Assembly: GCA_032325415.1 (NCBI GenBank)
Contig: GCA_032325415.1_4119.2
DNA length: 45,695 bases
Reading direction: 5' to 3' (one strand)
Source: a phage
The position numbers were made by a program, and so were the translations under genes. Positions 21,917-30,491 of this stretch are shown in pieces. Below the pieces are notes generated by a model that did no database searches, had not been told where the DNA came from, and saw nothing but the letters and a program-made list of their open reading frames with translations. Numbering within the stretch: position 1 is the first letter of the stretch; each line of letters begins with the position of its first letter.

Positions 21917-22125
21917 TTTTTTTAACACCAGAAGAATATAAGAAACGTTTCAATTCCGCACAGGGTGAAATCTTACTTATATACCTTTCAAATGCAGACC
22001 TTAACTTATCAAGGGCAATGGAGAAGGATTTACTTATGGGTGCATTTTTGGATACAGACTTTCAGGAGTATTATGTAGGGAAATACTTAATTGAACTTCA
22101 GAACTACATTAAGAGTAAACTATGA
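21913..22125 (+). CDS. family-A small paralog (70 aa)
   Basis: ATGA overlap; LDTDFQEYYVGKYLIELQNYIKSKL. Confidence 0.65.
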   Translation: MIFLTPEEYKKRFNSAQGEILLIYLSNADLNLSRAMEKDLLMGAFLDTDFQEYYVGKYLIELQNYIKSKL

Positions 22126-22349
22126 AACATTTAAGTAATATTGAGAAGATGAGAATTATCATTGATGCATTAAACAAATACGATACCCTTTTACAAATAA
22201 AAGGTTTAACTCGATTGGAACACAAGATAAACACCACCGATGTACGCATGTTGGCTGTACTGGGGACGAACTTTCAGGAAGAGTATGTTGTTGCACACAT
22301 AGTTGCACTCACTAATTACATAATGGACAAATGTAATGAACATCATTAA
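22122..22349 (+). CDS. family-A small paralog (75 aa)
   Basis: ATGA overlap; LGTNFQEEYVVAHIVALTNYIMDKC. Confidence 0.65.
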   Translation: MKHLSNIEKMRIIIDALNKYDTLLQIKGLTRLEHKINTTDVRMLAVLGTNFQEEYVVAHIVALTNYIMDKCNEHH

Positions 22350-22560
22350 TAACTTTGAATACGAGGCCCGTGCTAAGAGTGCCAGAAAAAAAGAGAACAC
22401 CATTTACTTCACTATGATGTACTTACAATGGACTGAAATTGAAGAAAAGGTTGCTGAAGTATGGATGTTGGAATTCATGGGGACGCAGTATCAGAATAGG
22501 TTTGCGGGTGAGTATATCAATGTTCTTATGAAACAAATAGAAAGAAAGGAAAAGAACTAA
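22336..22560 (+). CDS. family-A small paralog (74 aa)
   Basis: Overlapping start; MGTQYQNRFAGEYINVLMKQI. Confidence 0.6.
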   Translation: MNIINNFEYEARAKSARKKENTIYFTMMYLQWTEIEEKVAEVWMLEFMGTQYQNRFAGEYINVLMKQIERKEKN

Positions 22561-22718
22561 TGGTTTTCATTAACATATCTGACCAACTCGATACTAAACT
22601 AGAAGTCGAGCAGAGTGAGGGATGGATGCTGTACTTTCTTGGAACTTCTCATCAGAATTTTTATATCCATGAACACATAGTTGCACTCAAGAATTACATT
22701 ATGGACAAATGCAAATGA
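22560..22718 (+). CDS. family-A paralog, shortened copy (52 aa), not in track
   Basis: ATG 22560 overlaps upstream stop (TAATG); MVFINISDQLDTKLEVEQSEGWMLYFLGTSHQNFYIHEHIVALKNYIMDKCK carries the family motif. Confidence 0.5.
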   Translation: MVFINISDQLDTKLEVEQSEGWMLYFLGTSHQNFYIHEHIVALKNYIMDKCK

Positions 22719-22972
22719 AATACTTAACACAAGATGAATATTCACTTAGAATTCGAAAGCTCACCCCAGAAGCAAGAGTAATCTACGATGACCCCACCCT
22801 TACATGGAACCAAATGCGAGCTAAAGTTAATGAGCTATGGTTGCTGTACTTTATGGGGACTCAATATCAAGATAAGTTTTGCAAAGAATTTGTCGATCAA
22901 TTAATGAATGTTATACAGGATAAACTAGATGAATATTGGCTCGCAAAACATGAAGACTTTATCAGGAGTTGA
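22709..22972 (+). CDS. family-A small paralog (87 aa)
   Basis: Track ORF; MGTQYQDKFCKEFVDQLMNVIQDKL. Confidence 0.6.
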   Translation: MQMKYLTQDEYSLRIRKLTPEARVIYDDPTLTWNQMRAKVNELWLLYFMGTQYQDKFCKEFVDQLMNVIQDKLDEYWLAKHEDFIRS

Positions 22973-23201
22973 GTATCAAACTGCCCTCTTCTCTCTTATT
23001 AACACCCTTAGAAAAAACAATGCATTACATGGTGCACCTGAAGTGGATGTTATCAACGGTGATGTTTATCTTATGAAATTCATTGGAACAAACTATCAAG
23101 ATCTGTTCATTCAACGATACTTGGCAGCATTAAGAAACCAAATCCAATATAAAACCCAGAGAGCCAAAAAAGAATGGAATAAACAATGCGACAAAGAATG
23201 A
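22950..23201 (+). CDS. family-A small paralog (about 83 aa; start uncertain, track start 22929)
   Basis: IGTNYQDLFIQRYLAALRNQI; start set at MKTLSG by analogy to other members. Confidence 0.55.
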   Translation: MKTLSGVEYQTALFSLINTLRKNNALHGAPEVDVINGDVYLMKFIGTNYQDLFIQRYLAALRNQIQYKTQRAKKEWNKQCDKE

Positions 23202-23434
23202 ACCACAAAATGTATTGTAAACTATTGCAGACACTGGCACAGAAACACTATGACACTGTATCTGAAATATTACCCTATGATATCATGCGTTTAATTCATA
23301 GTGAGGCAGAGATGCTTGTACTGATGACAGGCACTGATAAAACAGCAATCGCCAGATCGATAGAGCAATATATTGATGCACACTGCCAACACATGAGAAC
23401 CGAAATCTGGAGGAAAGAGAATGATAATTCTTAA
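23198..23434 (+). CDS. family-A-like small paralog (78 aa; track start 23186)
   Basis: ATGA overlap at 23198; degenerate motif LMTGTDKTAIARSIEQYIDAH. Confidence 0.5.
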   Translation: MNHKMYCKLLQTLAQKHYDTVSEILPYDIMRLIHSEAEMLVLMTGTDKTAIARSIEQYIDAHCQHMRTEIWRKENDNS

Positions 23435-23636
23435 TGAGTATCAGTATCATTGGAGGTTACAAACTATCAAATCAAAAGTGTATAGTATTGTGTTAAACAA
23501 ATCTATTGCACAAGAGGACAAATGTGTTATAATAGCTGAAATGAAGTTGGGTGTATTCGTAGGGACAAACTATCAAAACATCTACACTGACGTATTATTA
23601 AGTTCCTTACGTAACAAGGTGGTATCCAAAATATGA
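23421..23636 (+). CDS. family-A small paralog (71 aa)
   Basis: Track ORF; VGTNYQNIYTDVLLSSLRNKV. Confidence 0.6.
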   Translation: MIILNEYQYHWRLQTIKSKVYSIVLNKSIAQEDKCVIIAEMKLGVFVGTNYQNIYTDVLLSSLRNKVVSKI

Positions 23637-23851
23637 GAAATTTACAAGGCTTTGAATACATCAGACTCCTGAAAACATGTGGAAGCAGAAGGAGAATGAT
23701 ATCAAGCGATAAGAGCATCCAAGCTAACCTTAAGCACGCACTAGTAACTGAACTCTATGTAGGTGCACTCTTAGGCACAAACTATCAACAAATGTATGTA
23801 GATCTATGGATTGACGCTCTACAGAAAGAGGTTAAAAGTAAATGCAAATGA
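23633..23851 (+). CDS. family-A small paralog (72 aa)
   Basis: ATGA overlap; LGTNYQQMYVDLWIDALQKEVKSK. Confidence 0.65.
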   Translation: MRNLQGFEYIRLLKTCGSRRRMISSDKSIQANLKHALVTELYVGALLGTNYQQMYVDLWIDALQKEVKSKCK

Positions 23852-24060
23852 TTAATTTAAGTAAAGACGAATTTTATGTTATACTGGCGAAAACTTATCC
23901 AGCACGTAAGGCCGTTTATGATAGTAACATTATTGAACCCTCAAAGAAGTTGATTTTAGTAAATGAGATAAAGATGCTTTCAGTCTTAGGGACAAACTAT
24001 CAAGAGAATGCTGTACTGATGTTAATTGATGCCCTCCAGCGAGAGGTTAAACGTAAATGA
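23842..24060 (+). CDS. family-A small paralog (72 aa)
   Basis: Track ORF; LGTNYQENAVLMLIDALQREV. Confidence 0.65.
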   Translation: MQMINLSKDEFYVILAKTYPARKAVYDSNIIEPSKKLILVNEIKMLSVLGTNYQENAVLMLIDALQREVKRK

Positions 24061-24287
24061 AAATGATTCATTTAACTTACCATGAATATCAAAAACGTTT
24101 AAATGCATCCAGAGATATAAGGATTCAAATATTCAATAACAAAAGATTGAAGCCTGATATCAGAAAAATCAAAATTATAGAAGCAGAGTTATGCAACTTT
24201 CTAGGGACCAACTATCAGGCAGGTAAGGTAAAAAACTATCTTAGAGAACTAAAGAATAGTATTGAAAATAAATGTGAGGGTAATTAA
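24057..24287 (+). CDS. family-A small paralog (76 aa)
   Basis: ATGA overlap; LGTNYQAGKVKNYLRELKNSIENK. Confidence 0.65.
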   Translation: MKMIHLTYHEYQKRLNASRDIRIQIFNNKRLKPDIRKIKIIEAELCNFLGTNYQAGKVKNYLRELKNSIENKCEGN

Positions 24288-24288
24288 C

Positions 24289-24528
24289 ATGAAAATGATT
24301 AAATTATCTCAAGCAAAATATAAAGAACGCCTGGTGAAAATTGCACCTGGACTTAATGAAATCCATCACGGAGAAGTCATTAAACACGGAAATAAGATGA
24401 TTATGAAACTTGAGTTAAAGGTGGGTGCATTCATAGGAACAAACTATCAGGAGTATTATGTAGATGAATACATAATCGCACTTAAGAGATACATTGGAAG
24501 AAAACTATATCTACAAACTAAAGAATAG
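24289..24528 (+). CDS. family-A small paralog (79 aa; track start 24262)
   Basis: ATG 24289 just after upstream stop; IGTNYQEYYVDEYIIALKRYI. Confidence 0.6.
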   Translation: MKMIKLSQAKYKERLVKIAPGLNEIHHGEVIKHGNKMIMKLELKVGAFIGTNYQEYYVDEYIIALKRYIGRKLYLQTKE

Positions 24529-24557
24529 TATTGAAAATAAATGTGAGGTTGATGAAC

Positions 24558-24821
24558 ATGCAAATGATCAATTTAAGTAAAGATGAATATACCGAGCGTA
24601 TGACAAAAATTACGCACAAACGTAATACAATCTATCACAACCCAGAAATTCAACACAGTAAGAAAATGATTATGATGCGTGAGTTAAAGATGGGTGTATT
24701 CTTAGGAACAAACTATCAAGATACAGAAGTAAATCGCTTAATCGCGGAGTTACTACTGGAAATCAAAGGTAAGCTGTACTTTTATCAAATGACCCAACCA
24801 CTAAGGTGTACTGATCGATGA
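24558..24821 (+). CDS. family-A small paralog (87 aa; track start 24531)
   Basis: Start MQMINLSKDEY matches N-terminus of 23842 gene; LGTNYQDTEVNRLIAELLLEI. Confidence 0.6.
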   Translation: MQMINLSKDEYTERMTKITHKRNTIYHNPEIQHSKKMIMMRELKMGVFLGTNYQDTEVNRLIAELLLEIKGKLYFYQMTQPLRCTDR

Positions 24822-25069
24822 ATACTATGAATAAAATTAATAAAATCGACTTAGCAGAAAGTTTTGCCAGAATGGGGGAAGCTCTGAAAAGATACGAAAA
24901 GGAATATGGTCATTTAAGCTTTTCTATAGAAAAGAGATATGAACTGGAAACAGAGTTTAAAATGCAGAGTCTCTTAGGAACACAATATCAAACAAGATAT
25001 GTTCAAACTTGGATTGATTGTTTAATCCAGACAATTCATGTAAGGAACATTAAATGCAAAATGAAATGA
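24818..25069 (+). CDS. family-A small paralog (83 aa)
   Basis: ATGA overlap; LGTQYQTRYVQTWIDCLIQTI. Confidence 0.65.
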   Translation: MNTMNKINKIDLAESFARMGEALKRYEKEYGHLSFSIEKRYELETEFKMQSLLGTQYQTRYVQTWIDCLIQTIHVRNIKCKMK

Positions 25070-25308
25070 TATACTTAACCTATAATGAATACGTCGAGAG
25101 ATTAGTTCGTGCCAAGAGATATACCAATAAACGTCCAATTGACCTAAACCAAACCCCAGCAGAAAGGAGTGCAGAAGTATTATTCCAATCACTACCATAT
25201 CTTCTGGGAACTGATAGACAAGAGGAATATGTTGCACGTATGATTAGATATCTTAAAATCACTATTAAGGAAAAAGTAAATGCAAATGAAATACTTAACA
25301 GACGATGA
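25054..25308 (+). CDS. family-A small paralog (84 aa; alternative start 25066)
   Basis: Track ORF; LGTDRQEEYVARMIRYLKITIKEK. Confidence 0.6.
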   Translation: MQNEMIYLTYNEYVERLVRAKRYTNKRPIDLNQTPAERSAEVLFQSLPYLLGTDRQEEYVARMIRYLKITIKEKVNANEILNRR

Positions 25309-25531
25309 GTTAAAAGAACGACTAATTAAATCCAGAAAACTTACAAATCAACTTCCAAACGACACAAACAAGTCACATGCCGAAAGGAGTGCAGAAGTTT
25401 TATACATTCAACTCATGTACTTTCTTGGAACTGACAGACAAGAGTATTACATTGAAAGTATGCTTCGATATCTTAAATTCTCTATAAAGGAAAAGATACA
25501 TGCTCAAGAATTTAAAAATCCTAACAGTTAA
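25280..25531 (+). CDS. family-A small paralog (83 aa)
   Basis: Track ORF; close paralog of 25054 (SHAERSAEVLY...LGTDRQEYYIESMLRYLKFSIKEK). Confidence 0.6.
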   Translation: MQMKYLTDDELKERLIKSRKLTNQLPNDTNKSHAERSAEVLYIQLMYFLGTDRQEYYIESMLRYLKFSIKEKIHAQEFKNPNS

Positions 25532-25742
25532 TGAATATCATACGATTGTAATGAAAACTAATAGTGCAATTTCTAAAAAATCAAACCCAAAGTACATACT
25601 GGAACACACATTTGAAGAACGTCAATTAGCTTTAGTTGAAGCAAAACTTCTTGCACTCCTAGGGACTAACTATCAAGAAGAATACATCAGAAAACTAATA
25701 TACCTTTTAACTAAACATATAAGAAAAAGAAAAAATGCATGA
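25500..25742 (+). CDS. family-A small paralog (80 aa)
   Basis: Track ORF; LGTNYQEEYIRKLIYLLTKHI. Confidence 0.6.
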   Translation: MLKNLKILTVNEYHTIVMKTNSAISKKSNPKYILEHTFEERQLALVEAKLLALLGTNYQEEYIRKLIYLLTKHIRKRKNA

Positions 25743-25969
25743 AACACTTGACAGATGATGAACATGGGCTTATAGTAATGGATGTAATCAACATCGAATA
25801 CAAAAAGTTGATACGCTACCGTTGTTATGAAGATAAGCAACTCGTTCTAGCAGAACAGAAGTTGTTTCGACTCTTAAACACAAACTTCCAAGCACAATAC
25901 GAAGAATCGTATATGTACCTTTTGGCGAGGAAAGCAAAAAGAGATTATGAAAATTTTAAGCAAAGGTGA
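25739..25969 (+). CDS. family-A small paralog (76 aa)
   Basis: ATGA overlap; LNTNFQAQYEESYMYLLARK. Confidence 0.6.
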   Translation: MKHLTDDEHGLIVMDVINIEYKKLIRYRCYEDKQLVLAEQKLFRLLNTNFQAQYEESYMYLLARKAKRDYENFKQR

Positions 25970-26162
25970 TTCAGTAATATTACTTATAGAGAGTTCAAGT
26001 AAATTCTTAAACATAACACTGTCTGATATAGATGAAGATGACAAAGAAGTACTGAGAGCAGATTTAAGAGTACTGTTACATATCGGAACAAACCTACAAG
26101 AAGAATATGTAGAGTGCTACATCAATGAACTTAAAGAATCCGTATTGAGAAAATGCAAATGA
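25947..26162 (+). CDS. family-A small paralog (71 aa)
   Basis: Track ORF; IGTNLQEEYVECYINELKESV. Confidence 0.6.
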   Translation: MKILSKGDSVILLIESSSKFLNITLSDIDEDDKEVLRADLRVLLHIGTNLQEEYVECYINELKESVLRKCK

Positions 26163-26401
26163 AAATGAAAATCATTTCACCCACAGAATACAACCAACTA
26201 TTAAGTAGTTTAATTCTAAAGTTGTTTATAACAAAAAGCATGAAATTACCAGATGATGAAATAAGTATTCTAGTAAGTGAAATCTATGTTCAAGCTACAC
26301 TAGGGACTAACTACCAAGAATGCAATATTAATGATTACATCAAAGAACTAAAAAGGTTTATCCAATGCAAATGCGAATCATTACCGACGAAGAATACCTA
26401 A
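26153..26401 (+). CDS. family-A small paralog (82 aa)
   Basis: Track ORF; LGTNYQECNINDYIKELKRFI. Confidence 0.6.
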   Translation: MQMKMKIISPTEYNQLLSSLILKLFITKSMKLPDDEISILVSEIYVQATLGTNYQECNINDYIKELKRFIQCKCESLPTKNT

Positions 26402-26607
26402 CAATCTTAAATGGACTGTTTTTGAAGTTATTTGCCATTAACACATCAAAACTACCAGATACTGATAAAATTATTAAGTTAAATGAAATCTATGTTCAAG
26501 CTACTCTAGGAACTAACTATCAAGAAGCCAATGTGTATAATTACATTAATACACTCAAAAGGGTAATAAAATTAAAATGCACAGACAACACACACACAAA
26601 CCCCTAG
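26365..26607 (+). CDS. family-A small paralog (80 aa)
   Basis: Track ORF; close paralog of 26153 (KLPD...EIYVQATLGTNYQEANVYNYINTLKRVI). Confidence 0.6.
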   Translation: MQMRIITDEEYLTILNGLFLKLFAINTSKLPDTDKIIKLNEIYVQATLGTNYQEANVYNYINTLKRVIKLKCTDNTHTNP

Positions 26608-26807
26608 GAACAGCAGAATACATTGAACTAATGGCATTACACTTCTCATCCTTTCAGAAACTTAGGCGAGAATCAAAGAATGATTTAGAATATACCATCA
26701 GAGGTTCCGATTTAAGAATGCTTCTCACCCTAGACACAGATTCCCAAGAGCGATTTGTCAATGAGCATATTAGAGCACTTTTAATGGAAATTCAAAGTAA
26801 ACTATGA
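26577..26807 (+). CDS. family-A small paralog (76 aa)
   Basis: Track ORF; LDTDSQERFVNEHIRALLMEIQSKL. Confidence 0.6.
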   Translation: MHRQHTHKPLGTAEYIELMALHFSSFQKLRRESKNDLEYTIRGSDLRMLLTLDTDSQERFVNEHIRALLMEIQSKL

Positions 26808-27019
26808 AGATAATATCAAACCAAGAGTACTTGGCACTATTCAGGAAGAATAATCACAAATATATGGCACTTGATTCAAGAACTGATATAAGTGAACTTG
26901 AAAAAAATCTTTTGCGTTCAGATATGATAGTACTGACACTCTTAGGAACACAGCATCAAGAGAGAACTGTTAATTCACACATAGGTATTCTTATACAGAT
27001 TGTACAGGAAAAGATATGA
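26804..27019 (+). CDS. family-A small paralog (71 aa)
   Basis: ATGA overlap; LGTQHQERTVNSHIGILIQIV. Confidence 0.65.
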   Translation: MKIISNQEYLALFRKNNHKYMALDSRTDISELEKNLLRSDMIVLTLLGTQHQERTVNSHIGILIQIVQEKI

Positions 27020-27237
27020 GAATCATAACACAACAAGATATTCTTAAGTTCACAAGGGTTCATGCATCTGAATTTGATGCTATATTATCAAAAAGTTACA
27101 ACAACCCTTATACACAAGATGTACATTACAGTGAATTATGGATGTATATACTTTTAGGTACAAATAAGCAAGAGCAAGCCGTACAGAAGTATTTGACAGC
27201 TTTACGTGATGCTACAGCTAATGGAGTATGTGTTTAA
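27016..27237 (+). CDS. family-A small paralog (73 aa)
   Basis: ATGA overlap; LGTNKQEQAVQKYLTALRDA. Confidence 0.65.
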   Translation: MRIITQQDILKFTRVHASEFDAILSKSYNNPYTQDVHYSELWMYILLGTNKQEQAVQKYLTALRDATANGVCV

Positions 27238-27238
27238 T

Positions 27239-27481
27239 ATGAAAGTACTGACAGAACTAGAAATGTATCATAGATTTAATAAGTACTATCATTTACTTAA
27301 GCCTATACAGAGGATTAAATGTCCATTTGAAGAGAAACAGGTTTTAATCTATGAGCACAAGTTCTTTGTATCATTAGGTACAGATCAACAAGAGTACTAT
27401 TTGACGTTGTACTTGATTACATTAATAGATTTAATTCACTATAAAACCAAACAAGCTAATAAAGAGAAATATGAAAACTAA
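27239..27481 (+). CDS. family-A small paralog (80 aa; track start 27206)
   Basis: ATG 27239 right after upstream stop; LGTDQQEYYLTLYLITLIDLI. Confidence 0.6.
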   Translation: MKVLTELEMYHRFNKYYHLLKPIQRIKCPFEEKQVLIYEHKFFVSLGTDQQEYYLTLYLITLIDLIHYKTKQANKEKYEN

Positions 27482-27815
27482 TATACAACTCAAGGTATAT
27501 AAATCATTTGAACATACATATATCAAAAGTAGTCTATGTAGAGATGTAATGGATTACAAGGGTAAGCCATTCACAATTACCTATGATTCTTATGTTAGTG
27601 ATTTATATATATCATTTGTTAATTACGAAAATAAAATATACAAGCACGTTGATATTAAAGATTTAAGTACTTTATCACCAGAGGAATACTTTCAGGAATC
27701 ATTAGTATGGGATTTAGAGTTTCCTATGCCATTAGTACATAAGATGATAGTACTAATGAAAGAATCTAAACAGGAGCCTAATGGTGATTATGAAGAACAC
27801 ACAGTTGAGTATTAA
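27471..27815 (+). CDS. family-B paralog (114 aa)
   Basis: Track ORF; motif LSPEEYFQESLVWDLEFP. Confidence 0.6.
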   Translation: MKTNIQLKVYKSFEHTYIKSSLCRDVMDYKGKPFTITYDSYVSDLYISFVNYENKIYKHVDIKDLSTLSPEEYFQESLVWDLEFPMPLVHKMIVLMKESKQEPNGDYEEHTVEY

Positions 27816-28185
27816 AAGTACTGATAATATTAAGAGTTATACAAGCTCAAGTACTGTGACAATCGAAGTGAATTCTATTAATGCTGGTAATGCAGTAGAT
27901 AAGTTCTTTATTGCTCAAGGGTACAGGAAAGATATTCATCAATATTGTTCAGTATATGGGGAGTACAATAGTACTGAAGATATAATTTATTGGTCAACAC
28001 ATCAAGATTATCTAACTAAAATTGGAGTCCCAGATGTTAGTACTTTATCTGAAGAAGAATACTTTCAGTACAGCTTAATATGTGATGTACCTATACCTTT
28101 AGGGTTAATCAAGGGTATACAGGAAGAGGTTCATAAGCTTAAATCCATGAGTAAAGGTACTTTCATTAGAACAGTGCAATACTAG
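27781..28185 (+). CDS. family-B paralog (134 aa)
   Basis: Track ORF; motif LSEEEYFQYSLICDVPIP. Confidence 0.6.
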   Translation: MVIMKNTQLSIKSTDNIKSYTSSSTVTIEVNSINAGNAVDKFFIAQGYRKDIHQYCSVYGEYNSTEDIIYWSTHQDYLTKIGVPDVSTLSEEEYFQYSLICDVPIPLGLIKGIQEEVHKLKSMSKGTFIRTVQY

Positions 28186-28186
28186 C

Positions 28187-28215
28187 TTGACAGTACTTTT
28201 CATTACTGATATAGT
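28187..28215 (+). promoter_or_regulatory. internal sigma70-like promoter within array
   Basis: -35 TTGACA 28187-28192, 17-bp spacer, -10 TATAGT 28210-28215. Confidence 0.5.
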
Positions 28216-28244
28216 ACACTAACGTTAATCATAGGGTAAAAATT

Positions 28245-28490
28245 ATGTTAAATTTTTTAAATTTCCTTATCGTTTTGTGTATTGTTCTTGGGATTGCACC
28301 ATTTGTATTGTATTTCATGGATTCAGATGAAATGCAGAAGATGAATTGTACAAGGACAGGACAGAGTAGAGAAGAGACGATTCTTATGCCTGTTACGGTT
28401 ATTGTTAACAACATGCCCATTACAAACATGGTCCCTACCCTAACGACAACGTACCAGTACTCTTGTGCTGACGGAGAGAGGTGGAGATGA
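28245..28490 (+). CDS. small membrane protein (81 aa) with N-terminal transmembrane helix
   Basis: MLNFLNFLIVLCIVLGIAPFVLYF hydrophobic N-terminus; own promoter; track ORF. Confidence 0.55.
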   Translation: MLNFLNFLIVLCIVLGIAPFVLYFMDSDEMQKMNCTRTGQSREETILMPVTVIVNNMPITNMVPTLTTTYQYSCADGERWR

Positions 28491-28807
28491 AATTTAATAT
28501 TGCAAAAACATCGAGTATATGTATTTTTGGTTATGCTGATGAGTTAGGTGATATTGACATTCTTTTGTACAAAAAGGATGGTGTTATGCATTTCAAGTAC
28601 CAGGATGAAGAGGCAGACAATTATCTTTTACCTAATTTAGTACAAATGCAGGAAGAGGAATTATTCCAGTACAGCTTAGTATACGACATTGATATTTGCA
28701 CGATGCCAGTACTAATTAGTATTCAAAAAGTGATGCTCGATATGTATGATAAGCTAATACAAGGTATGTCAGGGAGAATCATTGAAATCGATATACAAGA
28801 CAATTAA
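28487..28807 (+). CDS. family-B paralog (106 aa; track start 28481 is GTG)
   Basis: ATGA overlap; motif QEEELFQYSLVYDIDI. Confidence 0.6.
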   Translation: MKFNIAKTSSICIFGYADELGDIDILLYKKDGVMHFKYQDEEADNYLLPNLVQMQEEELFQYSLVYDIDICTMPVLISIQKVMLDMYDKLIQGMSGRIIEIDIQDN

Positions 28808-29000
28808 TCAAGAATGGAAGACCCAAAAGTACAGGGAATTCAACAGGAATTTTACAAAAGATGCATTGAATTTAAAAACAACAGAGTTTGATATGTTTAT
28901 TTTTCTTGGAACACGTTCACAAGAACAATTTGTTCATTATTATATAAATTCGTTGCGAACGGAGATAGTATGCAAAACACAGGGTATTATAAAAAGGTAA
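28782..29000 (+). CDS. family-A-like small paralog (72 aa)
   Basis: Track ORF; LGTRSQEQFVHYYINSLRTEI. Confidence 0.55.
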   Translation: MKSIYKTINQEWKTQKYREFNRNFTKDALNLKTTEFDMFIFLGTRSQEQFVHYYINSLRTEIVCKTQGIIKR

Positions 29001-29236
29001 ACCAATATTTGTACGCTACAAAGTACAGGGATTTTTGTTTAAAGGGTGGTGATGAAGATTTTTCTTTGCGATTATCAGAATTTAATCTGTTATTTTATCT
29101 TGGTACAAAAGAACAAGAAGAAATGGCACAGAAATTTATCAAGCACCTTGTACAAAAAATTAATATGCAAATTTTGATGCTTAAGATACAGAATGAGATA
29201 AATGAATATGAATCCAGAAATAGTTCAGGATCTTAA
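28970..29236 (+). CDS. family-A-like small paralog (88 aa)
   Basis: Track ORF; LGTKEQEEMAQKFIKHLVQKI. Confidence 0.55.
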   Translation: MQNTGYYKKVNQYLYATKYRDFCLKGGDEDFSLRLSEFNLLFYLGTKEQEEMAQKFIKHLVQKINMQILMLKIQNEINEYESRNSSGS

Positions 29237-29594
29237 AAAAGTAATATTTCTTTTGAATACCAGAAGTGAATTGTATACAGAGTTAAAAGAGATTAATGCA
29301 TTTTATCAGAATTTTGTAATCCAAGAGTTCAGTGATTTAATTACAGATGCATTATTTGAATTCTCGGAGAAATACAAAGGTTCAGAGTTCAGTGTTAAGA
29401 ATGTTATTCGTCCAAGTACAAGGAAAATTATATTATCACATTTTACATTTGACAATAAAGATTTATTCAGTCATAATCCAAGTACAGCTTTATATTTTAT
29501 TCCTGATTCAGACAAAAATCATCCTATTCATTACGGATGGATTTTGTCATATATAGTACAAGGAAAGGAGTATCCTATTAAATGGAAAGATTAG
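29202..29594 (+). CDS. hypothetical protein (130 aa), no family motif recognised
   Basis: Track ORF within array. Confidence 0.5.
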   Translation: MNMNPEIVQDLKKVIFLLNTRSELYTELKEINAFYQNFVIQEFSDLITDALFEFSEKYKGSEFSVKNVIRPSTRKIILSHFTFDNKDLFSHNPSTALYFIPDSDKNHPIHYGWILSYIVQGKEYPIKWKD

Positions 29595-29743
29595 GGCGAT
29601 TAGATTATTACACAATTAATACAAATTATTTGTTGCGTAATATAAAATCCGATTACAAAATATGGATAAAGAACAGAGATAGCATGTGTTATGAATTTTA
29701 TTTAGATTATGCTATCAAACGATTTTTAAGAGAAGAACATTAA
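29582..29743 (+). CDS. possible small protein (53 aa), not in track
   Basis: ATG 29582 to TAA 29741-29743, which overlaps the next ATG (TAATG); fills an otherwise empty gap. Confidence 0.35.
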   Translation: MERLGRLDYYTINTNYLLRNIKSDYKIWIKNRDSMCYEFYLDYAIKRFLREEH

Positions 29744-29946
29744 TGCAAAAGATTAATACGATAACATTAAATGCATTACAGGATTCATTATTAGATAGTA
29801 TTAAGATGTATTACAATATACATTTGAAGGGTGGTATTGATAATTACGATTATTATTTGAGTTTAATTACATTTGAGCACCTTTCAGTACAGGACAGGAT
29901 TTTACATCCTACAAATCCTAGGTATCCATCGATAGGTAAATTATGA
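29743..29946 (+). CDS. hypothetical protein (67 aa)
   Basis: Track ORF; start overlaps the 29582..29743 stop; next gene joins by ATGA. Confidence 0.5.
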   Translation: MQKINTITLNALQDSLLDSIKMYYNIHLKGGIDNYDYYLSLITFEHLSVQDRILHPTNPRYPSIGKL

Positions 29947-30491
29947 ATGAGATAGAGTTATTAGCACACAAGATAAGTACAATAATGCTTATCCTCAATA
30001 ACAACCATCCTATATCGCATATAGATGGAATCCTGAGTCAGAGGACAGGTGGTAGTTTATATTTGTCCATAAACGCAGATATCGCAAGGAAATACATTGA
30101 TATCGATGTTGAAATCGAATATGATACAACGGGGATTGTTGATGTAGGTGCATTAATCAGTTCAAATCCAGTATCAGCATCCCCATTGACCAAAGATGTT
30201 AGTACAGGATTCGAAGGATATTTGTGGTACAATACCAATGATGATTATTTTATATATCAGCATTCCAATACAAATTATGATGAAGACAAATTTCAGTTCA
30301 TAGACCCTTATGATGAAGCTGGCGTATTCCAACAATCATTAATCACAAAACCGCATGAGATGATGTATCTAATGTTATTCAGTACAATGCATTTGAATTC
30401 ATTAATTAAAGGTTTAAAATTTTATATTCAATTAAATTTAGTCCATGTAGTTTATGATTTATTAATGCAAGGATATAGTTATGAAGTATAA
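29943..30491 (+). CDS. family-B-like paralog (182 aa), degenerate motif
   Basis: Track ORF; DEAGVFQQSLITKPHEMMYLML. Confidence 0.55.
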   Translation: MNEIELLAHKISTIMLILNNNHPISHIDGILSQRTGGSLYLSINADIARKYIDIDVEIEYDTTGIVDVGALISSNPVSASPLTKDVSTGFEGYLWYNTNDDYFIYQHSNTNYDEDKFQFIDPYDEAGVFQQSLITKPHEMMYLMLFSTMHLNSLIKGLKFYIQLNLVHVVYDLLMQGYSYEV

